Positions 52,633 through 64,000 of a DNA stretch of 64,000 bases are shown here, piece after piece. Numbering within the stretch: position 1 is the first letter of the stretch; each line of letters begins with the position of its first letter. The position numbers and the translations under genes are program-made. The stretch comes from Phoronis australis (lineage: Eukaryota; Animalia; Phoronida): NCBI GenBank assembly GCA_002633005.1, contig NMRA01000297.1, forward strand, positions 400,993 to 464,992. The letters are read 5' to 3'. The notes below the pieces were generated by a model. It had not been told where the DNA came from. It saw only the letters and a list, made by a program, of their open reading frames with translations, and ran no database searches.

Positions 52633-55600
52633 NNNNNNNNNNNNNNNNNNNNNNNNNNNNNNNNNNNNNNNNNNNNNNNNNNNNNNNNNNNNNNNNNNNN
52701 NNNNNNNNNNNNNNNNNNNNNNNNNNNNNNNNNNNNNNNNNNNNNNNNNNNNNNNNNNNNNNNNNNNNNNNNNNNNNNNNNNNNNNNNNNNNNNNNNNNN
52801 NNNNNNNNNNNNNNNNNNNNNNNNNNNNNNNNNNNNNNNNNNNNNNNNNNNNNNNNNNNNNNNNNNNNNNNNNNNNNNNNNNNNNNNNNNNNNNNNNNNN
52901 NNNNNNNNNNNNNNNNNNNNNNNNNNNNNNNNNNNNNNNNNNNNNNNNNNNNNNNNNNNNNNNNNNNNNNNNNNNNNNNNNNNNNNNNNNNNNNNNNNNN
53001 NNNNNNNNNNNNNNNNNNNNNNNNNNNNNNNNNNNNNNNNNNNNNNNNNNNNNNNNNNNNNNNNNNNNNNNNNNNNNNNNNNNNNNNNNNNNNNNNNNNN
53101 NNNNNNNNNNNNNNNNNNNNNNNNNNNNNNNNNNNNNNNNNNNNNNNNNNNNNNNNNNNNNNNNNNNNNNNNNNNNNNNNNNNNNNNNNNNNNNNNNNNN
53201 NNNNNNNNNNNNNNNNNNNNNNNNNNNNNNNNNNNNNNNNNNNNNTAAGTTGTCTTTAAGCTTGAAGGATAAGAATGCGATCTAAGTTGTCTTTAAGCTT
53301 GAAGGATAAGAATGAGATCTAAGTTGTCTTTAAGCTTGAAGGATAAGAATGCAATCTAAGTTGTCTTTAAGCTTGAAGGATAAGAATGCAATCTAAGTTG
53401 TCTTTAAGCTTGAAGGATAAGAATGCAATCTAAGTTGTCTTTAAGCTTGAAGGATAAGAATGCGATTTAAGTTGTCTTTAAGCTTGAAGGATAAGAATGC
53501 GATCTAAGTTGTCTTTAAGCTTGAAGGATAAGAATGTGATCTAAGTTGTCTTTAAGCTTGAATGATAAGAATGCAATCTAAGTTGTCTTTAAGCTTGAAG
53601 GATAAGAATGCAATCTAAGTTGTCTTTAACCTTGAAGGATAAGAATGCAATCTAAGTTGCCTTTAACCTTGAAGAAAGTTGTTGTGACACCAAAGCCTAA
53701 GATCTGAGGCTTGTTCTTCACTTGAATTAATATGGATTGGTTTATACACAGAAAAATCTAGTTGCTCTTTTAGTCAAAGCTCAAGAAGTTGGCATGATAG
53801 GAAATAAAACTAATTCAATTTTGCTTGGACTCAACGAGCAATGAATTTGCTGTTCGCAACCCTCGCAGAATTAGTTCAAATCTAAAAAGGAAGGAACTGA
53901 TTAAACACCATGAATGACTGGTTCCGTGTTTTGTAGTATAGACCACGGACAATTTCTTTGCTTTGTTCCATGTTTCGAAGTATAAACTAGACTAAGATTT
54001 TGTGATTGACAAGTTCAATATTTGGTAATAAAAACTAAGCTAAATCTTCATGAATCAAATGTTCCACGATTTGTGTTATAAACTAGACTAAGTCTAAGGT
54101 TTGCTGTCCTGACGTGTGGAATGCATCTTAGGCAATATATACATTCAACGCAGGAGCTTTGCCTGTTGAGCTTTGGGGACGCCATCTCAGGCAAACCATG
54201 CTATTCAAACTTAATGGATCATTGTGGTGTACACAAGTCTTTGCTCGAGGACAAATGGATGTCGACCAACATAGTTCATTTCTTTGGAAAACAATGCATT
54301 TACGCAACTAGGATCTCCTAACCTACGTGAATATGTTTCGTTATTCATATCAAAGTAATCTATTGACGGATTATTTTGAAAACAATTTCAAATTCTGTAA
54401 CAGCATGTGGCGTGGCTGTCCATACATGTGGACCCAATTCTTCACGCTTTTATTACCTAACAGACTTTGCGCGCACAACGTTGCTTTTAAATGATCAAGT
54501 GGGTAGAGTTGGCGCTCGGCACAAAGACATCATGGAATAGTTCTAGAACACAGAAAGTTTGAGATACATGGGTGAACAGCAATTCGAGCGAGTGTGCACG
54601 AGCATGATAATATGTGAGATTTGCCAAAATCATTTGGATCCCTAGGCTGACTTGCGCAAAGTTTTTGGGAGAATTACTTGGGGTGCTAGACCGAACTATA
54701 AAAGTATATGTGGAATGGTCGAGCAGTGTTGTCACGGGCACATGCAGCAGAAATCTACCACAAGGCGGAACCAGTACCTCCACCACTCTATTCCGAGTTC
54801 AATAGTTGTCTCACGGTGAGAAAAAAGCCAAAATTACGTGCTCTCGTTGAAAATACAATGTAATATGCCATGAAATCTTGCGATATCCTTCTTTTTAGCA
54901 AGGCACATGCATTATTAAAGTCTTCTTTCCTTCTGACACAGCGCCACCTATACTGGAAACATGATGATCGACACTTGGAATTCCGTGTGAAGGCATCAAT
55001 GTGCATGCTTAATCGGATGACAGAACCTTATGACGTCGGTTTGCTTAATTTAGCCAATGAAAAGCCTTGATAAACAACATCACAGTACCACTTTTCGTAG
55101 CACTGGTAAAGAGTGTAAAGTCTACTCTGCTCTCTGTCAGTGCACAGCGTCACCTATACGAAAGTGTGTCGCAGTGAAAAGATGATGGTAATCAAGGAAG
55201 TCATTGTATAGGTGTTATTGAGCGTGGCTTGATTTGATCGTTTGTCGTAAAAATGCATCCTTATAATTAATGCCATCCATTTTGCCAAATGTTGGCCTTC
55301 AGAGAGCTTTATTTTGTTACATGTACCTTCAGTGCGTCAAAACACGAATATGGTACCGCTTTACTCTAGATATTGGGTCAGAAGCCAAAACAATACATCT
55401 CAATAGATGGACCAACATGACTTTCTCAAACTCAATAACTCACAATGTCCCAGTTTTTCTTCTTTTTGTTACTGAATGAGAAACAATATACATAATCATT
55501 TCACAGTGCTAGTACTGTGCACCGTGTAGAAGAGCCTTAACTACCCTTAACAAGAGACTTGCCGCTCAAATACCTTGTCACGGAACAAACCGGCACATTC

Positions 55601-58600
55601 AACAGCGCACATTTACGTATAACTTCGAATTCTTTTGACTGTGTTTGTCATGAGACACGAACTCTCCAGTTTTCATTTTACACCGTTGCACCGATACTCT
55701 CCCTTCCTGGATCCTAAGCAATGAGTAAAACTTATTTGAATCCGTAACAAAACTTAAAGTTGCTGCATGTATGTATCTTTGTGTCAACTTTTATTAATTG
55801 AGGTGTCTGTTTTCCACTGTGTGTCCACAAGGCAACACACAGAATGAAGGTACCCACTGTTTTATGGAGCTTTCTTGACAGTGCTAGCCGAAGAAGTGAC
55901 TTTATTTACGGTGTTTGTAACATATGGTCCAGTTTTAGTATCTCATGCTAGCACTGTTACCGTTTCAAACTGTGATTTCGACTGTAAGCTGGCAAAAATG
56001 AAGACAGTTTTTGCCGTTTCAGGTCTGACTTGCCCAGGTCGTCCTTCCTCGATATTGAATGGCTTCATCCGTTGTTCTGGCAACACTTACGGAAGTACGT
56101 GCGTGTATGGGTGTAACGACGGATACAAGATCCCGCGAAGTTCGAAAAATTACCACCGACCCACTTGTACCTACTGGTCTTACTGGTCTAGTGGTATTAG
56201 ACCCGAATGTTTTGGTAAGTCACCACCTGTACCTACTGGTCATACTGGTCCATTGGTCGTAGAACCTAATGTTTCGGTAAGTCACCACCTGTACCTACTG
56301 GTCATACTGGTCTAGTAGTCGTTCACTCGAATGTTAAGTCACAACCGACCCACCTGCACCTACTGGATTTAATATTCTAGTAGTCGTTGACCCCAATGTT
56401 TCGGTAAATAACTATTGACCCACGTGTACATAATGGTATTATTGGTGTAGTGGTCGCAGATTCAAATATTTCGTTAAGTCACGAGAGAGAGCTTTAGATT
56501 GTATGATAAACAACTATGCATATTTCACACCCCGTTGTCGGTTTTCACGACAGTGCTGAAAGATGGCAAGTGTAAAAAAAAACAAAATTTTCTACGCTTA
56601 AGATAGAAAATACACGTAAATTGAAAAGTTGTAATTTCTTTTGTTAATTTATTGACATCACGTCATTTAAGCACCAATTGACAATCGAGCATTGGAATAA
56701 AGTGTCGTCTGTTATAAACCAGAGACTTGACTTCAAAGTTTTATCAATCATTACGAAATATTATTCAGTCAGCTCTTCTGTTTATGATTTTCGGTGAGAA
56801 TCGACCTCCACTCTAGTTTCTGCTGAGGTGACCTGCCCATGGGCCTGTCTCAATCCTAAACACTGTACAGGCATTTTTGATCAAGCGTGGTTACTTTTAT
56901 TCTTATTTTCACTTTCGAACAACAAGCAAAATGCCAGTAAACGTAATTGTAAAACACTATATACCACGTTTTAAGTCAAATGAAAAATTGAGGTTTTTTG
57001 TCGAATGATGTTTAGCCTAATGTGAGTTTAAGGAGATCACGCAAGATACCGACATGCATCACAAGCAAAGCACGTGATCTCATCAGGTTTTACTCACCAG
57101 TGTATTAAGTTACGGAACGGGCTCTATAATGTCAAAGTCAACCAATTCAAACTCCGCCAATCAGGATTGTAAATGTGCACGATTGCACACGTAGACTTTG
57201 TATCTACCGCGGTAACTGGGATTTGTTTTATGAAACGTGACTTAAGACAGAGATTTGGTTTTGCGCTACACATAGCTATATCTGAAAAGCAGTTAAGTCC
57301 CACTTCAGCAAAAGTGCAATCTCAGAGAATATGCATATAACTGTTAATTATTTAGATAATTTGTGTGAAGTATTCATAGGCTGTGATGCGCGCATAATTA
57401 CTTACTTAAACCTTTGTTCACCTATTCTGAAGTGGGAGTGTGAAATCAAATTTCTGTCTTAAGTGCTTAAAACCACAATATACCTTGTTTTGACACGTGA
57501 CTACATTGTCAGAATTAGTTAACATTCCTTTATAACAATGCATCGCATAACCGTCAATTAAATATCCTAAAACCGAAAAAGTAGAAGAAAAAACGAAAGT
57601 TTTTTAGCTCCACAAACATAAGCACGACGTATAAACGTAACCTGCGCAATTCTGTAATGTCCACCAACAAGCAAATTTCATTTACTAACTTGGGCCATGT
57701 CTCCGCTTCTCTGATGTTCAGTATTACGGGAGAGCCACAGTGTGCTCAGATATTGAGACTTGTCACAACTAAAACACATCCTCATTCTTATCACACTATA
57801 AGCCACCGGAAAACAAGCAGCAATATCTGACGACATTTCCACTGAAAAACAATGGAAGATGACTAATGCTGCAATTGGTTATCACCCTTCTACGTAGTAT
57901 GCTTGTAACTCGATCGGGATCACTTTATTAACATATCTTCAGACATGTTTGCGGGTATTCTAATTTGACAGCTGATCGACGGTTGGGGATGTTTTTTTGG
58001 TATTTTTGTAATAAAATTAGTGCTTTTACCCACTTTAAAAGTCACTTTCATCAACGGACCCCATAAGTAGATTATGTATCTACCGCGTGTACCAGAGTAC
58101 ACATGTACACCTGCACCTACCTTCGGTACCAGTGTGTACACGTATCAACCGCGGGTACCAGAATATACACATGTATCTGCACGTAGTCCTTGATTGCTGC
58201 CCTCTTCCTTCCAGTGGATAAGGATCCAGAAAAGTACTGTCATTGTGATATTGACATCAAGACAAGTTTTGTGCCGGTAAGTGTGGACCTTCCTAGGCCT
58301 CTGATAAGGGCTCGAGGTAATGATCTCCCTCTCACCTGTTCTCATGGCACGAAGGAGTTACTTTCAGCACCGGAAACCGTCGTCAGATGTCGCGCATACG
58401 ACTACGAACTTGGCAGATCGTCGGAATGCAGGCAGCTCATCACTATAAAACGTAAGTCATGTACATGTATTGATGAACATCAGGTATTAGCAATCAGTTT
58501 CTGCTCTGCGAGTACTATCATAGTATTTCGCACCCAATATTTGGTAGCTTTAATATTATTTAATTTACCCCAGATTTCATTGCTTTGAGACTGAAACTGG

Positions 58601-61600
58601 GCTTTTAGTAAACATTCACCTAAATAAGGCAAACGTGCTGTGAACAAAAATAGAGGATCAATCATTTGGCTTGGCATAATGTTCGATGTTATAACAAAAT
58701 GTGTTATACGCCTCTTCTGGATGTAACCCTGAACTTCGTATATTCCGTATTACTACTAACGTTGGGATACAGCAAGCTTGATACAGTCGGTGATGTTGCT
58801 AATACTGGGGCAAGGCAAGGTGTTAGTCACTTCAATAATTTCAGCAGTTACCGTCCCTGAACAAGACATAGTTTCCCTCACTAGCACACTTTTTTGTTTT
58901 GGAAGATATTACTTGTAAGCCGCTAACTCCGCCAGAAAACGGACAGATTATTGGTTTGTGTGAAAACGGCCACCAGTCTACGTGCCGTTACACGTGCAAC
59001 ACAGGCTATCTGCCAGGTGGCAGCACTGAGGTTACCTGCCAAGAAGACGAAACATGGAGCGTCACTCCATTATGCAACAGTAAGATAATTTCGTATTTTT
59101 ACCACCAAAATTACACCTAAGTACTCAAAGGCGGAACACATCTGTATTATATACGAATGTCGTTACAAACTGGAAAAATGTTTTTGTGGTGTTGAAATTG
59201 CCAGCATTTTAGGATCAAGACTAAATATCGTGCTGATATTCTATGATTCCCCAGATTTTTGAAATTATCTCTCTGTCATACCAAAACGCTCGCTTCTCTG
59301 GTAATTTTGAATCCGAAGAAATTTCTTTAATTGAGATAAGGGGATATACATATAATACGTTTTGGTGGCATTTTTCTTTCGTTTATTTAAAATAGTTTGG
59401 TTACTTTGGAACGTACTTTAAATCTGATTTTTATAAAAACGATATGAACAATTCCTCAAACCAAAAGTGAGGCGTGGTAAGCACGTTGCGTAATGTAAAT
59501 CACTGTGTGTCTGACTGGTTGAATTGCTGTTGTGTTGTTTTTTTTCTGTGGGAAACGGGACCAGAAATATTCGGGCGTCTCAGCCATTATGACTCCAAAG
59601 AGAATACTAACCGGTGAATATTATCGGAACTTGCTTTGGTCAGATCATCACTTCTTCCGGTTGAAAATCTACTATTTTTATAAATATCCTTCTTATGGAG
59701 AATCTACTGAAATGATTTACGCTAAACACCTACATGTATCATCTAACATTCTCGTTGGCAGTTGAAAGAGTCGTGAATTCAGCTTACATGTAGCGTACTG
59801 TACAGCTTTCTTCCGAATAATACCTGGATTCATTGATTTCCGCTGTTTCATTGTCTGGATAATATTATATTTACTCCATGTCTTTTATTCACAGTTAAGA
59901 ATTGTACAGAGCCGCCTCGCATACTAAACGGATCCGTTAACTGTTCGAATTCTGATTGGCCCTATGGTTCCAGCTGTCGGTATGAGTGCGACGCAGGTTT
60001 TACGATTCCGAGACGTTTTTATGACAACTCCATTTTAACTTGCGACAATGAAGCCAACTGGGATCCTATTAATTCGCCTCATTGTTGGTGTAAGGAAAAT
60101 CGTTCGCATTTCTAATGTGCACGGAACTCACAATTTTCAGTCACATCAATATATACATGTATTAATCCTCTTTAAACTAACAAGTAAGTTTAGGTAAACA
60201 TAGGGCATTAATTTTGTGATATATTTCAGGGGTGATCAAGTGCATACTGGAATGAAGCATGCATTTATGTAACCTTGTAATGTACTCGAGCACACACAAA
60301 ACAAATATTTAATATCTTAATGTTCTTTTGTGAAACAGCAAATTTTAAAAATCATTTGGAGTTCGAGTTCGAGTACGGTGATTAGGCTTTGGTGTCATCT
60401 TAGCTTAAACATACTTTTAGCATTGTCGGATTGTTTACGTTTCTAAGATTCTACGCTAGAAATCGCTAAAAATCGCATGAGAAACAAAAATGGTGAATTC
60501 AGCCATCTCAACTCTATCAAGAGGCTTCCAGATTTTCCAAAAAGTAATGGTTTCCGTCACACCAAAATTCATCAAAATGTAATTCAACCCTCCGCTTAGT
60601 CCTGATTACAATCCAATGGACTATGCATCATGGTACTCTCTGAAGCAAAACGTTTGCCAGGGAATGAGAGCCAAATTGACTGAGCAGGAGTTAAAAGACA
60701 AGCGTGCGTTCAGCAGACGCTAGGACCTGCTGTACGCTAGGACCTAGCCAAAAGCTAGTCAAAGTCACGTGTTCTTATTTAAAATACACGGCATTATCTC
60801 GCGTAATCTCGCAAAGTCTTGCTTTTAAGCTAGGTCCTAGCGTTACTGGACGGGAGGTAGGATAATAATGTCATGGGAGGTAATTTCGATGGAAGAAATA
60901 CTAAAAGCATTTCTAGTTGGAAGAAACGGCTCTGTTTGGTCGTGGAGGAAGATGGAGGCCACATTGAACACAGAGTGAAATAATGGAGCTTCCCTTTGAT
61001 ATTTTATTTTTTGACCTGATGTTTTTAATTTAACAGTATTCGCACAATTGGTCAGAGATCTCTTTTGCACCTTGATGTTTATCTGTAGGAAATATGAAAA
61101 AACGGTTAACCCGCTGCTAAAAATTACTTGTCAGAAATGGCTCACTTTTTGAGACACCTGATATAAATGTGTATATGTATATCTATACATATAGATTATC
61201 ACATGGCGAAGTCCTTATCCAACATTATCTAGAGCAAGAGTGAATTTTGGAGAAGTATATAATTCTACAAAATCCACTAGGGCTCTAGATAAGGGGGATA
61301 CGACTGAGAACATGTAATAATCTATTTATACCACATACTGAACGAGAAACATTGCAATGAATAGATCTGCCTTTCTTGACTCGGCTTTGTAACTGCTTTC
61401 TATGTCAGAGGCCCGGGATCGGAGGTCGTGACCTTTCAAGAAAAGCCGAGCTATTTTTATCAAATAATGCTTTAGCTCAAAACCAGTTCAAAATTTAAAC
61501 AAAATATAAATAAAGTGAATCTATAAATCAAGGTTAAGCAACTATTATAGGTCACTACACATTTTATCACGCTAAGCTTCGACTGGAAAATATCGTCTGC

Positions 61601-63626
61601 TGAAGTAGGTTACCAATAGTAACTGAGTATAATGCTCAAGTCAAAGGATCCCGACGACACGATACCCGCATTCAAATTGAAGATCGGTGATTTACAAATG
61701 AGAGAACACGAGAGAAAAATCTCACTGAATTAAGATATCGTTTTTATGGAAATTATGCGTCAAATGTTTCATACCGTATAAATGTCGGTACAGTGCCCTT
61801 TGCTGAACGTGCGATTGTTGCGCGTGCTCATTTAAGTATTCTATTTTCACGTTCGATGAGTGGTGTAGTGGTAAAGTCGGCGACTCGAAACCCTTGAGGC
61901 CCGGGTTCGAAACCGGCCTGGGTTTCACGCCAAAATATTATCTCCTTAGTGAGATAACTAAATGGGTTATTACACGGTTGTATCTGCCATTCGACGCTAA
62001 TATTGTGGTATAAGTATATGTATACAGTATGTATATGTATATGTATACAACATGTATATACATACATATATATATATACATATATATTTACAGTATGTAT
62101 ATGATTATGTATATGCTTATCCGGTTTTGTTGGAGAAGACTTTTGGCGTTTTCCAGTGAACAAGCCTCCTTTAATGACAGACTGTTCCAACGACTTAATA
62201 GTCTCAACTGAAACCTCGAGCGTAGCCTTTGTTGTGCCGCGTCCAACATTCAGAAGAGTGCACGACAATGCGTCCATTGAAGCCGTGTGCAACTATCCAT
62301 CAGCGGAAGTAACAATGCGCTTGGGTGATCATACTGTCACGTGTACCGGAACGGATGACGAGATCAATAAGTATGAAACATGCACCTACACAGTCTCCGT
62401 GAAATGTAAATATTTTATCTGACATTCCTTACCGAGTGCTGAATTATTGTTACGTCATATAGATGACCTTGATTTTTCCTTATGTCAAATCACGATAAAA
62501 TGCCAAAGCCTGCATGCGCACATTTAATAAGATCACGTCCCAAATCTCCAGATTGGGATAGCTGTTGTTATACGTATCCAGTCAAGAGACAGACATTTAG
62601 TGTTTCTTGTATCAATTGGCGTATCACCAAATGCTTTATTTGTTGAGATATCATCCATCGTGTTGTTCTTAATTTTACTAATTTAGCTTCAATAGAAAAC
62701 TCGATCTCAGTCTGCAACTTTTCCACTTATCACAGTTGTAAATTCGACTGATGTTGGCTGCTTTTCTTATGGATGTTATCTTTCTGTCAATTAATTATAA
62801 TTGAACCTTAGAAGTTTTTAGAAGGGGCATGGTAGATTGATATATTCGACTGATGAACACTCCACTTGAATTATCGTTCACATGATATTCCGCTGCATCT
62901 TGCATTTGTCACCCAGGCTTTTGACAATATTTCGCACGAAATTACGAGTGCTAGGCAAAACATTGTAGCTTACTAAAATTCGACCGTACTTCATATTTAC
63001 ATTTTAATACGATCTTTGTTAAACACTTCCAACATGGATCTCTGCAAAATATATGATACACATCCATGATTTGCAAACTCTGCGTCACTTAAAACCTGAG
63101 AAATGATAGCCTGAGTATAGACAGAGTCTACTATTTCCAGTAAATGTGCCCAGAACCCCTGTCTGTATCTTTTCATGCATGATTAATGTGTTAATCAATG
63201 TTGACACGGTCATCATTTGGCTACAGTGTAGTACATGCAGACGTACAAATGAACTGCAAGAATTTCATATTTAAATGAACTGCGGGATTGTCACACTTTT
63301 TCCTCTTTAAGATCCAGGTTTGGTGAGGAATGCTTCAGAAATGCGACGACATACAATAGTTATGGTACCAATAGTTTGCAATGATTGTGCGCCTTGTTCT
63401 ATAACCTCCGGGCAATAATGAGTGTAAACGTTTTGAATACATTTTTCACTCTTTCAAGTAAGCAGGTGCCAGTCAAAACAGAGTCCTTCCAACGGCTTCC
63501 TTAACGATTGCAACGACACTGTCGGAGGTCAGTGTTATTACGAGTGCAATGTCGGATACAACAGAATTGGGCCCAACCCCGTTAACTGCACAAACGGCGT
63601 ATGGAGTGGAGAAATAGGATGCACGA
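49163..63626 (+). CDS. Secreted HYR- and Sushi/CCP-domain protein (SVEP1/SRPX/hyalin-like modules), 3' incomplete
   Basis: Exons 49163-49223 (signal peptide), 51230-51365 + 52454-52581 (HYR1), 56023-56214 (CCP), 58215-58451 (HYR), 58906-59079 (CCP), 59895-60089 (CCP), 62157-62405 (HYR), 63459-63626 (CCP); all GT-AG, phases compatible, no stops. Confidence 0.88.
51230..51365 (+). CDS. HYR1 N-half exon
   Basis: cag|DECVRTRRTCFSLNCPGG...VYWSTPSCTCG|gtaaga. Confidence 0.75.
52454..52581 (+). CDS. HYR1 C-half exon
   Basis: tag|SFRQTPSIRQGQRLSEGTHYLRYYCTDDCGHCGNCHIWLHVS|gttagt. Confidence 0.8.
52592..52632. repeat. (GT)n microsatellite running into the gap
   Basis: Pure gt dinucleotide run. Confidence 0.95.
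53246..53673. repeat. Minisatellite, 37 bp unit, about 11-12 copies (truncated by the gap)
   Basis: taagttgtctttaagcttgaaggataagaatgcaatc head-to-tail with no spacers. Confidence 0.95.
56023..56214 (+). CDS. Sushi/CCP exon
   Basis: GLTCPGRPSSILNGFIRCSGNTYGSTCVYGCNDGY...CTYWSYWSSGIRPECF, phase 1-1. Confidence 0.9.
56152..56480 (+). repeat. ~62 bp tandem repeat derived from the 3' end of a CCP exon plus its donor site
   Basis: About five decaying copies of ccac(c/t)tgtacctactggtc...aatgtttcg|gtaa. Confidence 0.8.
58075..58190. repeat. Short intronic tandem repeat (~67 bp x2)
   Basis: gtatc(t/a)accgcg(t/g)gtaccaga..tacacatgta..ctgcac occurs twice. Confidence 0.6.
58215..58451 (+). CDS. HYR exon
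   Basis: VDKDPEKYCHCDIDIKT...VRCRAYDYELGRSSECRQLITIK, phase 1-1. Confidence 0.85.
58906..59079 (+). CDS. Sushi/CCP exon
   Basis: ITCKPLTPPENGQIIGLCENGHQSTCRYTCNTGY...CQEDETWSVTPLCN. Confidence 0.9.
59895..60089 (+). CDS. Sushi/CCP exon
   Basis: IKNCTEPPRILNGSVNCSNSDWPYGSSCRYECDAGF...CDNEANWDPINSPHCW. Confidence 0.9.
60500..61162 (+). mobile_element. Tc1/mariner transposase remnant and right TIR, with a nested MITE
   Basis: PPLSPDYNPMDYASWYSLKQNV (SPDLNP-type catalytic motif) at about 60589-60655; terminus ctttttgagacacctga-ta; nested gcgttcagcagacgctaggacct...aggtcctagcgttactggacg MITE at about 60705-60853, related to about 48440-48550 and about 54830-54905. Confidence 0.7.
61191..62013. 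mobile_element. Non-autonomous element with a ~135 bp terminal palindrome (Crypton-like)
   Basis: atagattatcacatgg...catgtaataatctat hairpin followed by a body bounded by ttataccaca/tgtggtataa; inverted paralog at 34751-35420. Confidence 0.6.
61847..61966 (+). mobile_element. tRNA-derived SINE (or tRNA pseudogene) nested in the palindromic element
   Basis: A box tggtgtagtgg and B box ggttcgaaacc; absent from the 34751-35420 copy; stems do not form a clean cloverleaf. Confidence 0.65.
62015..62115. repeat. (TA)/(TATG)-rich simple repeat
   Basis: tatatgtatacagtatgtatatgtatatgtatac... Confidence 0.85.
62157..62405 (+). CDS. HYR exon
   Basis: LNKPPLMTDCSNDLIV...LGDHTVTCTGTDDEINKYETCTYTVSVK. 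Confidence 0.9.
63459..63626 (+). CDS. Sushi/CCP exon
   Basis: LSRCQSKQSPSNGFLNDCNDTVGGQCYYECNVGYNRIGPNPVNCTNGVWSGEIGCT|gtaagt. Confidence 0.88.
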
Positions 63627-64000
63627 GTAAGTTCATAGCACAGGGCAAGTACAAAACGTGTCATTCGCTTGTGTTTGTAACTACGAGGTATAAAGGAATG
63701 CCTCTACTGGTCGAGGGTTAAAGAACATTATTTTGTTTCAGGGAATTGGATGAGAACGTCGTTTTTAATAACTGTCAATATGTCAAATAAGGGTTTGGTG
63801 TCCTTTTAAAAAGGCAATGAAACCGCCTTTGGCTGTCAATAACAAATTTTAGTTTAGGCCATTTTCAATTATAAAATTGGTCTCAAATTCTTCAGATCCT
63901 AAATGATGGATAAACTTAAAGTTCGGTTCACTCTGGTAAGTCAGCTTATCGAGTATGATTTCGAGCAATAACGAAATGTCGATTCTTTCCAAGATCAAGA

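Noticed and set aside
52526-53285. VCVCVC/X ORFs
   Set aside because: GT microsatellite plus assembly gap
53246-53673. 37 bp repeat array resembling CRISPR in unit length
   Set aside because: Units are head-to-tail with no unique spacers, there are no cas genes, and it lies in a eukaryotic intron; it is a minisatellite
54614-54805. IPRL...WSSSVV resemblance to BEL/Pao RNase H
   Set aside because: Too short, with no adjacent RT, integrase or LTR evidence
61855-61930. Functional tRNA gene
   Set aside because: A and B boxes are present, but the acceptor and anticodon stems do not pair and it is inserted in another element

Overview
AT-rich, intron-containing, repeat-dense eukaryotic scaffold, most likely a marine invertebrate (inferred from gene and transposon content), with N gaps at 8939, 41437-42344 and 52633-53245. 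Three gene loci can be rebuilt by hand from GT-AG exons. (1) A + strand Cys-less ('Pro-loop') pentameric ligand-gated ion channel (core exons 20086-25060, possible last exon 26609-26662). It has all phase-0 introns, an unusual Glu at M2 6', a long basic loop C, almost no intracellular domain and candidate duplicated N-terminal exons at 13.3-18.0 kb. (2) A + strand secreted HYR/Sushi(CCP) multidomain gene from 49163 that runs off the window end. (3) A divergently oriented, exon-for-exon paralogous pseudogene of (2) at 29087-34335, carrying stops, a frameshift, deletions and a dead donor. The rest is transposon debris (AcademX-like, Penelope, Tc1/mariner, THAP, possible Sola3 and Crypton-like, MITEs, a tRNA-derived SINE), minisatellites and two duplications abutting gaps that look like uncollapsed haplotypes. 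All calls come from reading the sequence; no database searches were run.
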